Assembly: GCA_963667255.1 (NCBI GenBank)
Contig: OY762940.1
Location: 704,001-768,000 of the forward strand
From: Candidatus Cloacimonadota bacterium
GTDB taxonomy: Bacteria; Cloacimonadota; Cloacimonadia; G963667145
Direction: 5' to 3'
Length of the DNA stretch: 64,000 nucleotides
The notes under the pieces are model-generated. The model saw only the letters and a list, made by a program, of their open reading frames with translations, did not search any database and had not been told where the DNA came from. Below, piece by piece: positions 10,687 to 20,034 of this stretch. The translations under genes and the position numbers were made by a program. Position 1 is the first letter of the stretch; the number at the start of each line of letters is the position of its first letter.

Positions 10687-11130
10687 ATGGAAAAGTTGCC
10701 GATTGCCAGTGACCATGCAGGTTTTGAGTTAAAACAAGAAATAATTGAATACTTGTCTACAAAGTTTCAAGTTGAAGATTTCGGTTGTTATAGTTGTGAG
10801 TCGATAGATTACCCTGATTTCGGATTTTCTTTGGCAGAGGCTGTCGCTTCGGGGAAATTTTTCAGAGGAATTTTGCTCTGTGGTTCGGGAATTGGTATGA
10901 GCATAGTTGCCAATAAAGTCAAAGGGATAAGAGCCGCTTTGTGCCATCGTCCCGAGTTCGCTGCTCTCTCTCGTCAGCATAATAACTCCAACATTTTGGT
11001 TTTGTCGGCACGATTTTTGTCTATCGAACAAGCTAAAGAAATTATCGATGTTTGGCTGAATACGGAGTTCGAAGGTGGTCGCCATCAAAAGAGATTGGAC
11101 AAAATAACAGCTTATGAAAATAAGGTTTAG
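10687..11130 (+). CDS. rpiB: Ribose-5-phosphate isomerase B
   Basis: ASDHAG, DYPD, CGSGIGMSIVANK, FEGGRH. Confidence 0.97.
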   Translation: MEKLPIASDHAGFELKQEIIEYLSTKFQVEDFGCYSCESIDYPDFGFSLAEAVASGKFFRGILLCGSGIGMSIVANKVKGIRAALCHRPEFAALSRQHNNSNILVLSARFLSIEQAKEIIDVWLNTEFEGGRHQKRLDKITAYENKV

Positions 11131-11201
11131 TTTGTAAATTGCTTGACTGGTTTAGGGAAAATCTTAACTGAACGAGAGTTTTAAATTTAGGAGAAAATAT
11201 C

Positions 11202-12161
11202 ATGAAAGTGTCTGTTTTAGGTTGTGGACGATGGGGCGGATTTATTGCCTGGTATTTAAGCACTGTCAAAAAATTTCAAGTCACGAGTTGGGGACCGACG
11301 GAAGACCCGATTTTCCAGAAGTTGGTTGCTACAGGAGTTAACGACTATCTGACTTTCCCCAAGGAGATATTGATTACCGATGATTTGGACAAGGCTTTGG
11401 AGTCGGATTTATTGGTAATTTCCATCAGCTCTCAAAGGCTGAGACAGTTCTCCGAGCGGTTAAATTCTCACGATTTGCAAGGGAAAACTTTTGTTTTGGC
11501 TATGAAAGGGATGGAAGAAACCAGTGGCAAAAGGCTCACGCAAGTTGTTAGGGAGCAAATCAAGCAGAACATTAATTTGGCTGTTTGGGTTGGCCCCGGA
11601 CATGTTCAGAGCTTTACCAAGATGATACCAAATTGCATGGTTATTTGTTCGGATAGCAAGGAGTTGACGATAAAATTGGTAGATATTTTGGAGAGTTCGC
11701 TAATCCGTTTTTATTATGGCGACGATTTGATTGGTAACGAAGTGGGAGCGGCTGCCAAAAATGTGATGGGTTTGGCTGCGGGGATGTTGGACGGAATGAA
11801 ATTGCAAGCGATGAAAGGAGCCTTGATGGCTCGTGGAGCAAGAGAGATTTCTCGACTTATGGAGGCGATGGGCGGCAAAGCTATCACAGCTTATGGGTTG
11901 TGCCACTTGGGCGATTATGAAGCGACACTTTTTTCTCAAAATAGCAACAATCGGAAGTTTGGGCAGATGATTGTTGAGGGCGAAAAATTCGACAAATTGG
12001 CTGAAGGTGTTGCTACCAGTAGTGCTATCCTGCGGATTGCCGAGAAACTCGGCGTCGATATGCCTATCACTGCGGTGGTAAACAAAATAGTTAATCATGA
12101 TGCTGACCCCAAGCAAGAGATTAAAAATCTATTTTTGAGACCTTTGAAGCACGAGTTTTGA
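11202..12161 (+). CDS. gpsA: NAD(P)H-dependent glycerol-3-phosphate dehydrogenase
   Basis: GCGRWG, MKGME, GAAAKNV, GLCHLGD, AEGVAT. Confidence 0.9.
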   Translation: MKVSVLGCGRWGGFIAWYLSTVKKFQVTSWGPTEDPIFQKLVATGVNDYLTFPKEILITDDLDKALESDLLVISISSQRLRQFSERLNSHDLQGKTFVLAMKGMEETSGKRLTQVVREQIKQNINLAVWVGPGHVQSFTKMIPNCMVICSDSKELTIKLVDILESSLIRFYYGDDLIGNEVGAAAKNVMGLAAGMLDGMKLQAMKGALMARGAREISRLMEAMGGKAITAYGLCHLGDYEATLFSQNSNNRKFGQMIVEGEKFDKLAEGVATSSAILRIAEKLGVDMPITAVVNKIVNHDADPKQEIKNLFLRPLKHEF

Positions 12162-13045
12162 AATTGAAAAAGAGTAGATTTTACAAGATTGCCGTTTTGG
12201 TTTTGCTGATTTTGGCAGTAGGATATTACGGGGCGTATCGCTATTTCCGAGACAAATTGACTCCTCTTGATGTCAGCGGGTATGTAAATCTTTTTAATCC
12301 TGATTTTGCACTTCAGCTCGATTCCGTGAGTTATACTTTCCCTTTGTGGATTCATTTGCACAAAGGTGTTTTTTATTATAATCAAGAACCTGTTTTGAAC
12401 TTTGACGAGGCTGAAATTTCTGTCGGTTTTTTCTCTATTTTTATGAATCAAAAGAAATTTACTTTTGATTTCGAGATTGCGGATGGCAATATTCTTGGAG
12501 ATTATTTTGGGGACGATTTGGAGATTAAAATTGCGGGCGTTGATTTGCAACAAATTCCAGTTTTTAGTAATTACAAGTTCAAAGGTGTTGTGAATGCGAA
12601 GTTGGGAATGGAATTTGTAAATAGTAAAATTTCAAAAGGCAATTATAAAGCGACAATTTCCAATCTCGGTTTTACAGCTAAGAACGATTTTGTTACTGAT
12701 ACTTCTTTGAACTTGGGTCAGCTTGCTTTAGATATTGTTGTCAAGGATAGTTTGTTGAGCGTAAATAAAGTTAAATTGTCAGGGAAAGAGTTGGAACTTG
12801 CGGGATTTGGCGATGTTGTTTTCCATACCGATAAGTCGTGGGTTGTTGATTTCCGAGGCAAAAAACAGTTTTCGCCATCATTTTTCGATAAAATAAAGAA
12901 CGGTTTTTTTATAGGCTTGTATTTGTCGGATGCGATAGGCAAAGATTGTTATTTCAAAATCGATTATGGCAAAAACGGGCTTGATTATAGGAAGATTAAA
13001 GAGACAGACAAAATTTCCGAATTGGAAGAAAAATTGGAAATGTAA
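12158..13045 (+). CDS. Membrane-anchored beta-rich periplasmic protein, possibly GspN/AsmA-like
   Basis: One N-terminal TM followed by amphipathic beta-strand patterns (LNLGQLALDI...LSGKELELAG); family resemblance only. Confidence 0.45.
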   Translation: MKLKKSRFYKIAVLVLLILAVGYYGAYRYFRDKLTPLDVSGYVNLFNPDFALQLDSVSYTFPLWIHLHKGVFYYNQEPVLNFDEAEISVGFFSIFMNQKKFTFDFEIADGNILGDYFGDDLEIKIAGVDLQQIPVFSNYKFKGVVNAKLGMEFVNSKISKGNYKATISNLGFTAKNDFVTDTSLNLGQLALDIVVKDSLLSVNKVKLSGKELELAGFGDVVFHTDKSWVVDFRGKKQFSPSFFDKIKNGFFIGLYLSDAIGKDCYFKIDYGKNGLDYRKIKETDKISELEEKLEM

Positions 13046-13057
13046 CGGAGAAATAAA

Positions 13058-13435
13058 ATGAAAATAGAAGTTTCGATTGGTGAAGTGGTGGACAAGGTAA
13101 GTATCTTATCTATAAAATTGGAAAAATTTAAAGATGAAGCTAAAAAGGCAAATGTAAAAACGGAGTTTGATATTTTGGCTCCAGAAATGGAAAAAGCTGG
13201 TGTGAGCCTTTCCTCAAAAGAGTTTGCAGATTTGAAAGCGGTAAATTTGCTTCTTTGGGATATAGAAGATTCTATCAGAATAAAAGAATCCAAAGGCGAA
13301 TTTGATGACGAATTTATCCAAATTGCTCGCAGTGTTTATTTTAAAAACGACATCAGAGCAGAAATAAAAAAAGAAATCAATTTAAAATTTGGTTCGCTTT
13401 TGGTGGAAGAAAAAGAGTATGTGGAGTATAAATAA
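13058..13435 (+). CDS. DUF6165-like small protein
   Basis: SIGEVVDKVSILSIK, VNLLLWDIED, ARSVYFKND, EEKEY pattern. Confidence 0.75.
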   Translation: MKIEVSIGEVVDKVSILSIKLEKFKDEAKKANVKTEFDILAPEMEKAGVSLSSKEFADLKAVNLLLWDIEDSIRIKESKGEFDDEFIQIARSVYFKNDIRAEIKKEINLKFGSLLVEEKEYVEYK

Positions 13436-13447
13436 AGGCTGTATAAT

Positions 13448-14368
13448 TTGAAAATCTTGCTTTTTTGTAATGGGTCTATTGGGAATACAATTATGTATTC
13501 TCCTGTGTTTGTTTCTTTAAAGAAATGGTTTCCCGATTCTCAAATTGATGTGGTTTTTGATGAACTTGGAAAGCAACTTTATGGCACGGACAAAAACATA
13601 GATAAGATATATCTTTTTAATCGAAAAAATGATGGATTAAAAAAACAACTTGCTTTAATTAAACAATTTAGAAAAGAGCATTATGCTTATTCTTTTCACT
13701 TTCGTAGTGGAGTGCGAAACGAAATGTTGGCATATTTTGCTAATGTGAAAAGAAGAATAGGTTATAGGCTAAAAGGTTCTTTTCAGTTTTTAACAGATAA
13801 ATTTGAAAAGCAAGTTAATTTGCATGCCAGTGAAAATTATAAATTTTTGATAGAAAAAGTTTTTGATAAAACTTCTGTTGATTTTCCTTTTCTTCCGCTT
13901 AATGATAATTATAAAGAAGAAGTTAGTAAAATATTGGAAGACAAAAAACAAGCTAATGATTATGTAGTAATGCATCCATTTGGGACAACTATTTCTAAGG
14001 AAAATTGGAATTTGAAACTTTTTTATGAGCTAATTGTAAAAATAGAAAAGCCAATTTTTATTTTTGGAACGAATTTAGAAATTTCTAACTTAAAAAAAGT
14101 CGAAAAAACTAATGTATATCTTATGGTAAATAGAGATTTAGCTTTTGTTTCAGAGTTTATTAGAGGGGCAAGTTTTTTCATAGGCAACGACAGCAGTTTA
14201 TTTCATATGGCAGAATGCCATGATGTTAGAAGTTTTGTTTTTTTTCAAAAGGATAAAGAGAATTTTAACAAATGGAAACCCTTAAAAAATACCTCAACCT
14301 ATTATTTTGTTGAGGAAGAAAACGACAAGATTTTAAGTGAGATAGTAAAAGCTATAAATGAAAATTAA
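13448..14368 (+). CDS. Glycosyltransferase family 9 (heptosyltransferase-like)
   Basis: GSIGNTI, VMHPFG, FIGNDSSLFHMA. Confidence 0.88.
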   Translation: MKILLFCNGSIGNTIMYSPVFVSLKKWFPDSQIDVVFDELGKQLYGTDKNIDKIYLFNRKNDGLKKQLALIKQFRKEHYAYSFHFRSGVRNEMLAYFANVKRRIGYRLKGSFQFLTDKFEKQVNLHASENYKFLIEKVFDKTSVDFPFLPLNDNYKEEVSKILEDKKQANDYVVMHPFGTTISKENWNLKLFYELIVKIEKPIFIFGTNLEISNLKKVEKTNVYLMVNRDLAFVSEFIRGASFFIGNDSSLFHMAECHDVRSFVFFQKDKENFNKWKPLKNTSTYYFVEEENDKILSEIVKAINEN

Positions 14369-14386
14369 AATTTAGAGAGAAAGATA

Positions 14387-15337
14387 ATGGAAAGTGATGT
14401 AGCAGTGGTAATACCTTATTACAATTGTGAGCGATTTTTTATCAAAAGAACTATCGAATCTATATTGAACCAAACTTATAAAAACTTTAAATTATATGTG
14501 GTAAATGATGGTTCCTGTGATGAAAAAAAACAAATGCTTGTAGATTTGGTAAAAAAGTTTGCTGATGATAGAATAATTCTTTTGCACAAAGAAAATAGCG
14601 GAACCGGAGATACTCGCAGGTTTGGAATAGAATATGCTAAAGAAAAATATATTGCTTTGTGTGATCAAGATGATACTTGGAAACCTGAAAAATTAGAAAA
14701 GCAAAAAAAGTTTTTGGAGGATAATAATTATGATTTTGTTTCTTGTAGAGATACTCGTCATTATTTTAAAGGCGAAACTCTTATAAGAACAAAAGAAAAC
14801 AATTATGAGCCAATTAATAAAAATACCAATTATTTAGAAACAGCGAAAACTTTATTATGTGATATAAAGTGGCAAGGTGGACTTCCTTCAACAATGTTTT
14901 TTAAAAGGGAAGTTTTTATTAAAGCTTTACCTTGTATTCTACTTGAAAAAGATATTACAGAAGATATATCTATGCTTTTGGCAATTACTTATTGTGGAGT
15001 AAATTATGGATTTTCAGAAGATAAATTAGTTTATTATTCCTTACACCCTTCTAATAAGTCTAAATCTATAAATATTAATGAAACTTATAATTTAAAGCAT
15101 ATTTTTTACTATCTTGATTTATTTGAAAAAAAGTTTCCTTCAAAGGAATTTGCAAAGATAAAGAAACAAGCTCTATACAATACATATTTGAATTATTCCA
15201 GTAGACTTTTTTATGCTGGAGAACCCAAAAGAGCTTTTCAAGCTATTAGTAATTCATTGAAATATAGAATTACAGCCAAAAATTTACGAAGATTTATTAA
15301 ATATTGGTTGTGTAATTGTAAAAAATTTATTAATTAA
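14387..15337 (+). CDS. Glycosyltransferase family 2
   Basis: VVIPYYN, VNDGS, LCDQDD, ED motif. Confidence 0.92.
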   Translation: MESDVAVVIPYYNCERFFIKRTIESILNQTYKNFKLYVVNDGSCDEKKQMLVDLVKKFADDRIILLHKENSGTGDTRRFGIEYAKEKYIALCDQDDTWKPEKLEKQKKFLEDNNYDFVSCRDTRHYFKGETLIRTKENNYEPINKNTNYLETAKTLLCDIKWQGGLPSTMFFKREVFIKALPCILLEKDITEDISMLLAITYCGVNYGFSEDKLVYYSLHPSNKSKSININETYNLKHIFYYLDLFEKKFPSKEFAKIKKQALYNTYLNYSSRLFYAGEPKRAFQAISNSLKYRITAKNLRRFIKYWLCNCKKFIN

Positions 15338-15350
15338 TTTAAGAATATAT

Positions 15351-16316
15351 ATGAAATTTGAGTTTAAAAGTGATATTGCAGTAATAGTACCATTTTATAA
15401 CTGCGAAAAGTTTTTTATCAAAAGAACTATCGAATCTATATTGAACCAAACTTATAAAAACTTTAAATTATATGTGGTAAATGATGGTTCCTGTGATGAA
15501 AAAAAAAAAATGCTTGTAGATTTGGTAAAAAAGTTTGCTGATGATAGAATAATTCTTTTGCACAAAGAAAATAGCGGAACCGGAGATACTCGCAGATTTG
15601 GAATAGAATATGCTAAAGAAAAATATATTGCTTTGTGTGATCAAGATGATACTTGGAAACCTGAAAAATTAGAAAAGCAAAAAAAGTTTTTAATAAAAAA
15701 TAATTGTGATTTTGTTTCTTGTAGGGATACTCGCTATTATTTCAAGGGTGAAGAATTAATAAAAATAAAAGAAAATAGTTATGAACCAATTAGCGAACCA
15801 GCAACTTCATTGAATGTTGCAAAAAGTTATCTTTGTTCAATAAGTTGGCATGGTGGAATTGTTCCTTCAAATACTTTTTTTACGCGAGATTGTTTTTTCA
15901 GATCTTTGCCTTATATATTATTAGATAAGGATATTTGTGAAGATTTATCAATGGTATTATCTTTTGCTTTTTGTGGAGTTAATTTTGGGTTTCTTGACGA
16001 AATTTTGGTCTTTTATTCTGTTCATGCTAATAATAAAGGAAAGTCGATTAATACTAATGAAACTTATAATTTAAAGCATATTTTTTATTATCTTGACTTA
16101 TTTGAAAAAAAGTTTTCTCCAAAGGAATTTGCTAAAATTAAGAAACAAACTTTATATAATACTTACTTAAATTATTCTGGAAGACTTTTTGATGCTGGAG
16201 AAATAGGTAAAGCTTTTCAAGCGATTAGTAATTCATTGAAATATAGAATTACAGCCAAAAATTTACGAAGATTTATTAAATATAAAATTTTGCTTTCTAA
16301 AAAGGGGGAAAAATGA
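15351..16316 (+). CDS. Glycosyltransferase family 2 (tandem paralog)
   Basis: Same motifs as the upstream gene; 5' part nearly identical to it at nucleotide level. Confidence 0.92.
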   Translation: MKFEFKSDIAVIVPFYNCEKFFIKRTIESILNQTYKNFKLYVVNDGSCDEKKKMLVDLVKKFADDRIILLHKENSGTGDTRRFGIEYAKEKYIALCDQDDTWKPEKLEKQKKFLIKNNCDFVSCRDTRYYFKGEELIKIKENSYEPISEPATSLNVAKSYLCSISWHGGIVPSNTFFTRDCFFRSLPYILLDKDICEDLSMVLSFAFCGVNFGFLDEILVFYSVHANNKGKSINTNETYNLKHIFYYLDLFEKKFSPKEFAKIKKQTLYNTYLNYSGRLFDAGEIGKAFQAISNSLKYRITAKNLRRFIKYKILLSKKGEK

Positions 16317-17494
16317 TAGGTACTTTTAAAAAAATTAAATTGGAATATGTTATTATTTTACTAATTGGGTTGATTTTTTTCCTTATTCCTTATGTAAAAT
16401 ATATACCAGAACTGTCAGCTTATTTATTAATAGCATGCTTATTTTTAAAAAATAGAAAACAAGGATTGAATTTCCTTGTAAATAAAGAAAACAAGTATTT
16501 TTTTTATCTATTTATGGCTTATTATTTTTGGATAAGTTTGAATTTGATTTTTAATTATAGTGGTTATAATGTAGTAATGTTACAAAAATATAGTGGATTT
16601 TTCTTTTTCCCTTTTATTTTTGCATTTATCAAGGTAAATATTAAAAAAATTAATATTTCTTTTTTTCTTTTTTGTTATATTGTGGCTATCACCATTTTGG
16701 GAACATTTTGTTTAATTAGAGGAATAATCTATGATAGAATGTATTACTCCGAATTTTCCTATTTTCATCCTGCATGGCTTTCTATGTGTTGTTCCATAGG
16801 ACTTGCTTTTTCTATTTATTTATGGAATACTCTAAAGAAAAATTTTTGGATTATTATTTTTTTAAGTTTCTCTATTATTATTTATTTGTTATGCATTTAT
16901 TTTTGCATGAGTAGAGCTGGTATTTTTTCTATGAGTGTTGTTTTATTTCTTGGGGTTATTTTTTATTTAACGAAAATAAAAAAAATTATTGCTTTTTCCT
17001 TTTTTGTATTATTATTTATAGTGTTCAATATAGGAATGAAAAATTATAGGAATTTTTCTCTAACTAAGGATAACACAAGAACTATTTTAGCTAAATCTGC
17101 AATAAAAGTTTCTTTAAGTGAGCCAGAAATATTTTTTTTGGGAGTGGGACCAACAAATACTTCAATTGTTTTAAATAAATATTTAAAAAATACCAATATT
17201 TCAGATGTTGTTAAGCAAGCAAATAATTACAATACTCACAATATTTTTTTAAATGAATTGCTTAAATATGGAGTTTTTGCTTTTCTTATGTGGATTTTGC
17301 TTTTTATATTAGCTATAATAAAAGGAATTAGAGCAAAAAATTTTATTTTATTAAATATTATTATGATTTTTTTAATCCATTTTTCATTGGATGCCTACAT
17401 ACTTTGGTATAGAATCGGGATTTTTTCTTTTGCATTCTTGTTTTGTTTTTTTATATTTTTCTTTAGAAAAGAAGAAAATCATATTATTGAATAA
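16313..17494 (+). CDS. O-antigen ligase (WaaL/Wzy_C)-like membrane protein
   Basis: Many TM segments, SRAG motif, R...FLGVGP...THNIFLNELLKYGV loop. Confidence 0.85.
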   Translation: MIGTFKKIKLEYVIILLIGLIFFLIPYVKYIPELSAYLLIACLFLKNRKQGLNFLVNKENKYFFYLFMAYYFWISLNLIFNYSGYNVVMLQKYSGFFFFPFIFAFIKVNIKKINISFFLFCYIVAITILGTFCLIRGIIYDRMYYSEFSYFHPAWLSMCCSIGLAFSIYLWNTLKKNFWIIIFLSFSIIIYLLCIYFCMSRAGIFSMSVVLFLGVIFYLTKIKKIIAFSFFVLLFIVFNIGMKNYRNFSLTKDNTRTILAKSAIKVSLSEPEIFFLGVGPTNTSIVLNKYLKNTNISDVVKQANNYNTHNIFLNELLKYGVFAFLMWILLFILAIIKGIRAKNFILLNIIMIFLIHFSLDAYILWYRIGIFSFAFLFCFFIFFFRKEENHIIE

Positions 17495-17506
17495 ATAAGG
17501 CATGAA

Positions 17507-18850
17507 ATGAAAAATACAAATTTAAAATATTTTCATTGTTATGCAACGGGCAACGATTTTCGTTTTTTTCGACAAGATTTTAAAAATTTGAAGAGAATTA
17601 AAAATATTGTTTCAGGTGTTGATGAAATATATTTATTTATTGCAGTGAGTAAAGTTCGACGATTCAATTTTTTTGATATAATTTTCAAGAAAATTGTGCA
17701 AAAGATGTTCAAAAATCATCCAGCAATAAAACTTGTGGGAATAATTTTTAAAAGTAATATTGGAAGAGATTTTAGTTCGTATCAGGCGATGTTTGAGAAA
17801 ATTAAACCTCTTGTTTCTGATAATGATTATGTATTCTTTCAAAACCGCAGTGGATATGGTCCGTTTCGCGAAAATTGGTATAAAAATTTTGTGGAGCAAT
17901 TTGAAAAATTTCCTTCGGTTGCTATATGTGGTAGCACTATCAATTTTTGCGATCATCCTTTTATAAGTTCCAATAATGATATGGCTCATGTGCAAACTTA
18001 TTCTTTTTTGACAAAAGTTTCTTTCTTAAAATTATTTGGGGAAGATTTCCCCGCTATTAATGAAACAGATAAATTAAAAATTATAGCAAACGGAGAAATT
18101 GTTTTAAGTCAGTTCTTTTTAAATAAAGGTTATAAAATAACCAGTATTGAATGGCCAAATGAAGTTATTGCAAAAGATACTATTGCTTTTAATAATTACG
18201 ATATAAAAGATAGACCGACAAAAAAACATTATTTTTATCATAGGGAATACTTTAGAGGAATAAAACATAAAAGATATACAAGGGATAATATTATGAAATT
18301 TACCAATTTTAAAATAGATGGTTTAGTTTTGTTCACTCCCAAAATTTTTGCGGATTCTCGCGGATATTTTATGGAGAGTTTTAAGCAAGGTTCAGTAGAA
18401 AAAATACTTGGCAAAATCAAATTTGTGCAAGAGAACGAATCTTGTTCGAGTTTTGGAGTGCTGAGAGGTTTGCATTTCCAGACAAAGCCTTTTGCTCAAA
18501 GCAAGTTGGTGCGATGTGTGGTGGGCAAGATAATCGATATTGCTGTGGATTTGCGACCAAAGTCTCCAACTTTTGCTCAATACAAAATAGTGGAATTGTC
18601 CGAGGAGAACAAACAGCAACTCTTTTTGCCTCAAGGTTTTGCTCACGGATTTTTGACCTTGAGCGAGAAGGCGATAGTGCAATACAAGGTGGACAACTAT
18701 TATTCGCCGGAGCATGACAGCGGTATTTTTTGGAACGATAAAGATTTGGCAATTAACTGGGAATTTGAGAAATACGGAATTAAAAAGCCGATTATTTCCG
18801 ACAAAGATGCCAAACAACAAAGTTTGCAGGAGTTTAGAAATAGCTTATGA
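17507..18850 (+). CDS. rfbC: In-frame fusion: RgpF-like/unknown glycan-synthesis domain (17507-18292) plus dTDP-4-dehydrorhamnose 3,5-epimerase (18293-18850)
   Basis: The C-terminal 185 aa contain DSRGYFME, VLRGLHFQ, QSKLVRC and GFAHGF. An internal ATG at 18293 follows AGGGA, and no stop separates the two parts. Confidence 0.85.
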   Translation: MKNTNLKYFHCYATGNDFRFFRQDFKNLKRIKNIVSGVDEIYLFIAVSKVRRFNFFDIIFKKIVQKMFKNHPAIKLVGIIFKSNIGRDFSSYQAMFEKIKPLVSDNDYVFFQNRSGYGPFRENWYKNFVEQFEKFPSVAICGSTINFCDHPFISSNNDMAHVQTYSFLTKVSFLKLFGEDFPAINETDKLKIIANGEIVLSQFFLNKGYKITSIEWPNEVIAKDTIAFNNYDIKDRPTKKHYFYHREYFRGIKHKRYTRDNIMKFTNFKIDGLVLFTPKIFADSRGYFMESFKQGSVEKILGKIKFVQENESCSSFGVLRGLHFQTKPFAQSKLVRCVVGKIIDIAVDLRPKSPTFAQYKIVELSEENKQQLFLPQGFAHGFLTLSEKAIVQYKVDNYYSPEHDSGIFWNDKDLAINWEFEKYGIKKPIISDKDAKQQSLQEFRNSL

Positions 18851-18893
18851 AAAAAATCTTACTCGTAGGCTCACAAGGGCAATTGGGCAAAGA
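18845..18893 (+). repeat. 49-bp direct repeat copy 1 (duplicated rfbD 5' end, encodes a 16-aa stub at 18847-18897)
   Basis: ttatgaaaaaaatcttactcgtaggCtcacaagggcaattgggcaaaga matches 20891-20939 with one mismatch. Confidence 0.93.
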
Positions 18894-20030
18894 ATGATAG
18901 ATTACATAATTGTAGGTAGCGGACTATCAGGATTAGTTTCAGCAGAAAGAATTGCTACACAACTTAATAAAAAAGTTCTGCTTATAGAGAAAAGAAACCA
19001 TATTGGTGGAAATTGCTTTGATTATAAAGACGAAAACAATATTTTAGTCCACAAGTACGGTCCTCATTTATTTCATACTGATAATAAGGATGTAGTAGAT
19101 TATCTGTCTAAATTTACTGAATGGAACTTGTATAATCATGAAGTGTTAGTTTATATTGATGGGCAAAAAGTACCTATACCATTCAATTTTAATACATTAT
19201 ATAAATTATTTTCAAAATCTAAAGCAGAAGTTTTGGAAGAAAAGCTTTTGCAAAGCTATGCATACAACTCAAAAGTTCCTATTTTGGAATTAAAAAAATC
19301 GTCAGATAAAGAACTATTATTTTTGGCTGATTTTATTTACGAGAAAATTTTTGTAAATTACACGGCAAAGCAATGGGGAATGAAACCTGAAGAAATAGAT
19401 GGTGCAGTTACCGCCAGAGTTCCGATTTTTATTGGTAGAGACAATAGATATTTTAACGATAAATTCCAAATGTTACCAGCTAATGGATGTACAAAAATGT
19501 TTTGGAAAATGCTTAGTAGTAAGAATATTAAGATTATGTTAAATACAGACTTTAAAGAAGTTTGCTTGTTAAAAGAGGATGGATTTTATTTATTCAACCA
19601 AAAATTTAATGGTAAATTAATTTATACTGGTAAAATTGATGAATTATTTGATTATAAATTCGGGGAATTACCTTACAGAAGTGTAGATATGAAGTTTGGA
19701 ACAATAAATAAAGAATTTTACCAAGAAAAATCGGTTGTAAATTATCCGAATGATTACAACTTTACACGAATTACCGAGTTTAAGCATATTTACCCGATAA
19801 ATTCTAATAAAACTACTATTTTAAAAGAATACCCGCAAGAACATATTGTAGGGAAGAATGAACCTTATTATCCGATTTTTACGGAAGAAAATAATAGAAA
19901 TTACAATAAATATTTAGAATATTCTAAGCAATTTAAAAATTTAATATTGCTTGGAAGATTAGCAGAATACAAATACTACGATATGGACGATATAATTGAA
20001 CAAGCTATGAATGTTTTTAAAATGAGTTAA
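18894..20030 (+). CDS. glf: UDP-galactopyranose mutase
   Basis: IVGSGLSG, HIGGNC, HKYGPHLFHT, YTAKQWG, PYYP, GRLAEYKYYDMD. True start is ATG 18894. Confidence 0.97.
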   Translation: MIDYIIVGSGLSGLVSAERIATQLNKKVLLIEKRNHIGGNCFDYKDENNILVHKYGPHLFHTDNKDVVDYLSKFTEWNLYNHEVLVYIDGQKVPIPFNFNTLYKLFSKSKAEVLEEKLLQSYAYNSKVPILELKKSSDKELLFLADFIYEKIFVNYTAKQWGMKPEEIDGAVTARVPIFIGRDNRYFNDKFQMLPANGCTKMFWKMLSSKNIKIMLNTDFKEVCLLKEDGFYLFNQKFNGKLIYTGKIDELFDYKFGELPYRSVDMKFGTINKEFYQEKSVVNYPNDYNFTRITEFKHIYPINSNKTTILKEYPQEHIVGKNEPYYPIFTEENNRNYNKYLEYSKQFKNLILLGRLAEYKYYDMDDIIEQAMNVFKMS

Positions 20031-20034
20031 AATA

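Noticed and set aside
18714..18893. 60-aa N-terminal extension of glf
   Set aside because: It overlaps rfbC and the rfbD stub; the family-typical start is at 18894.
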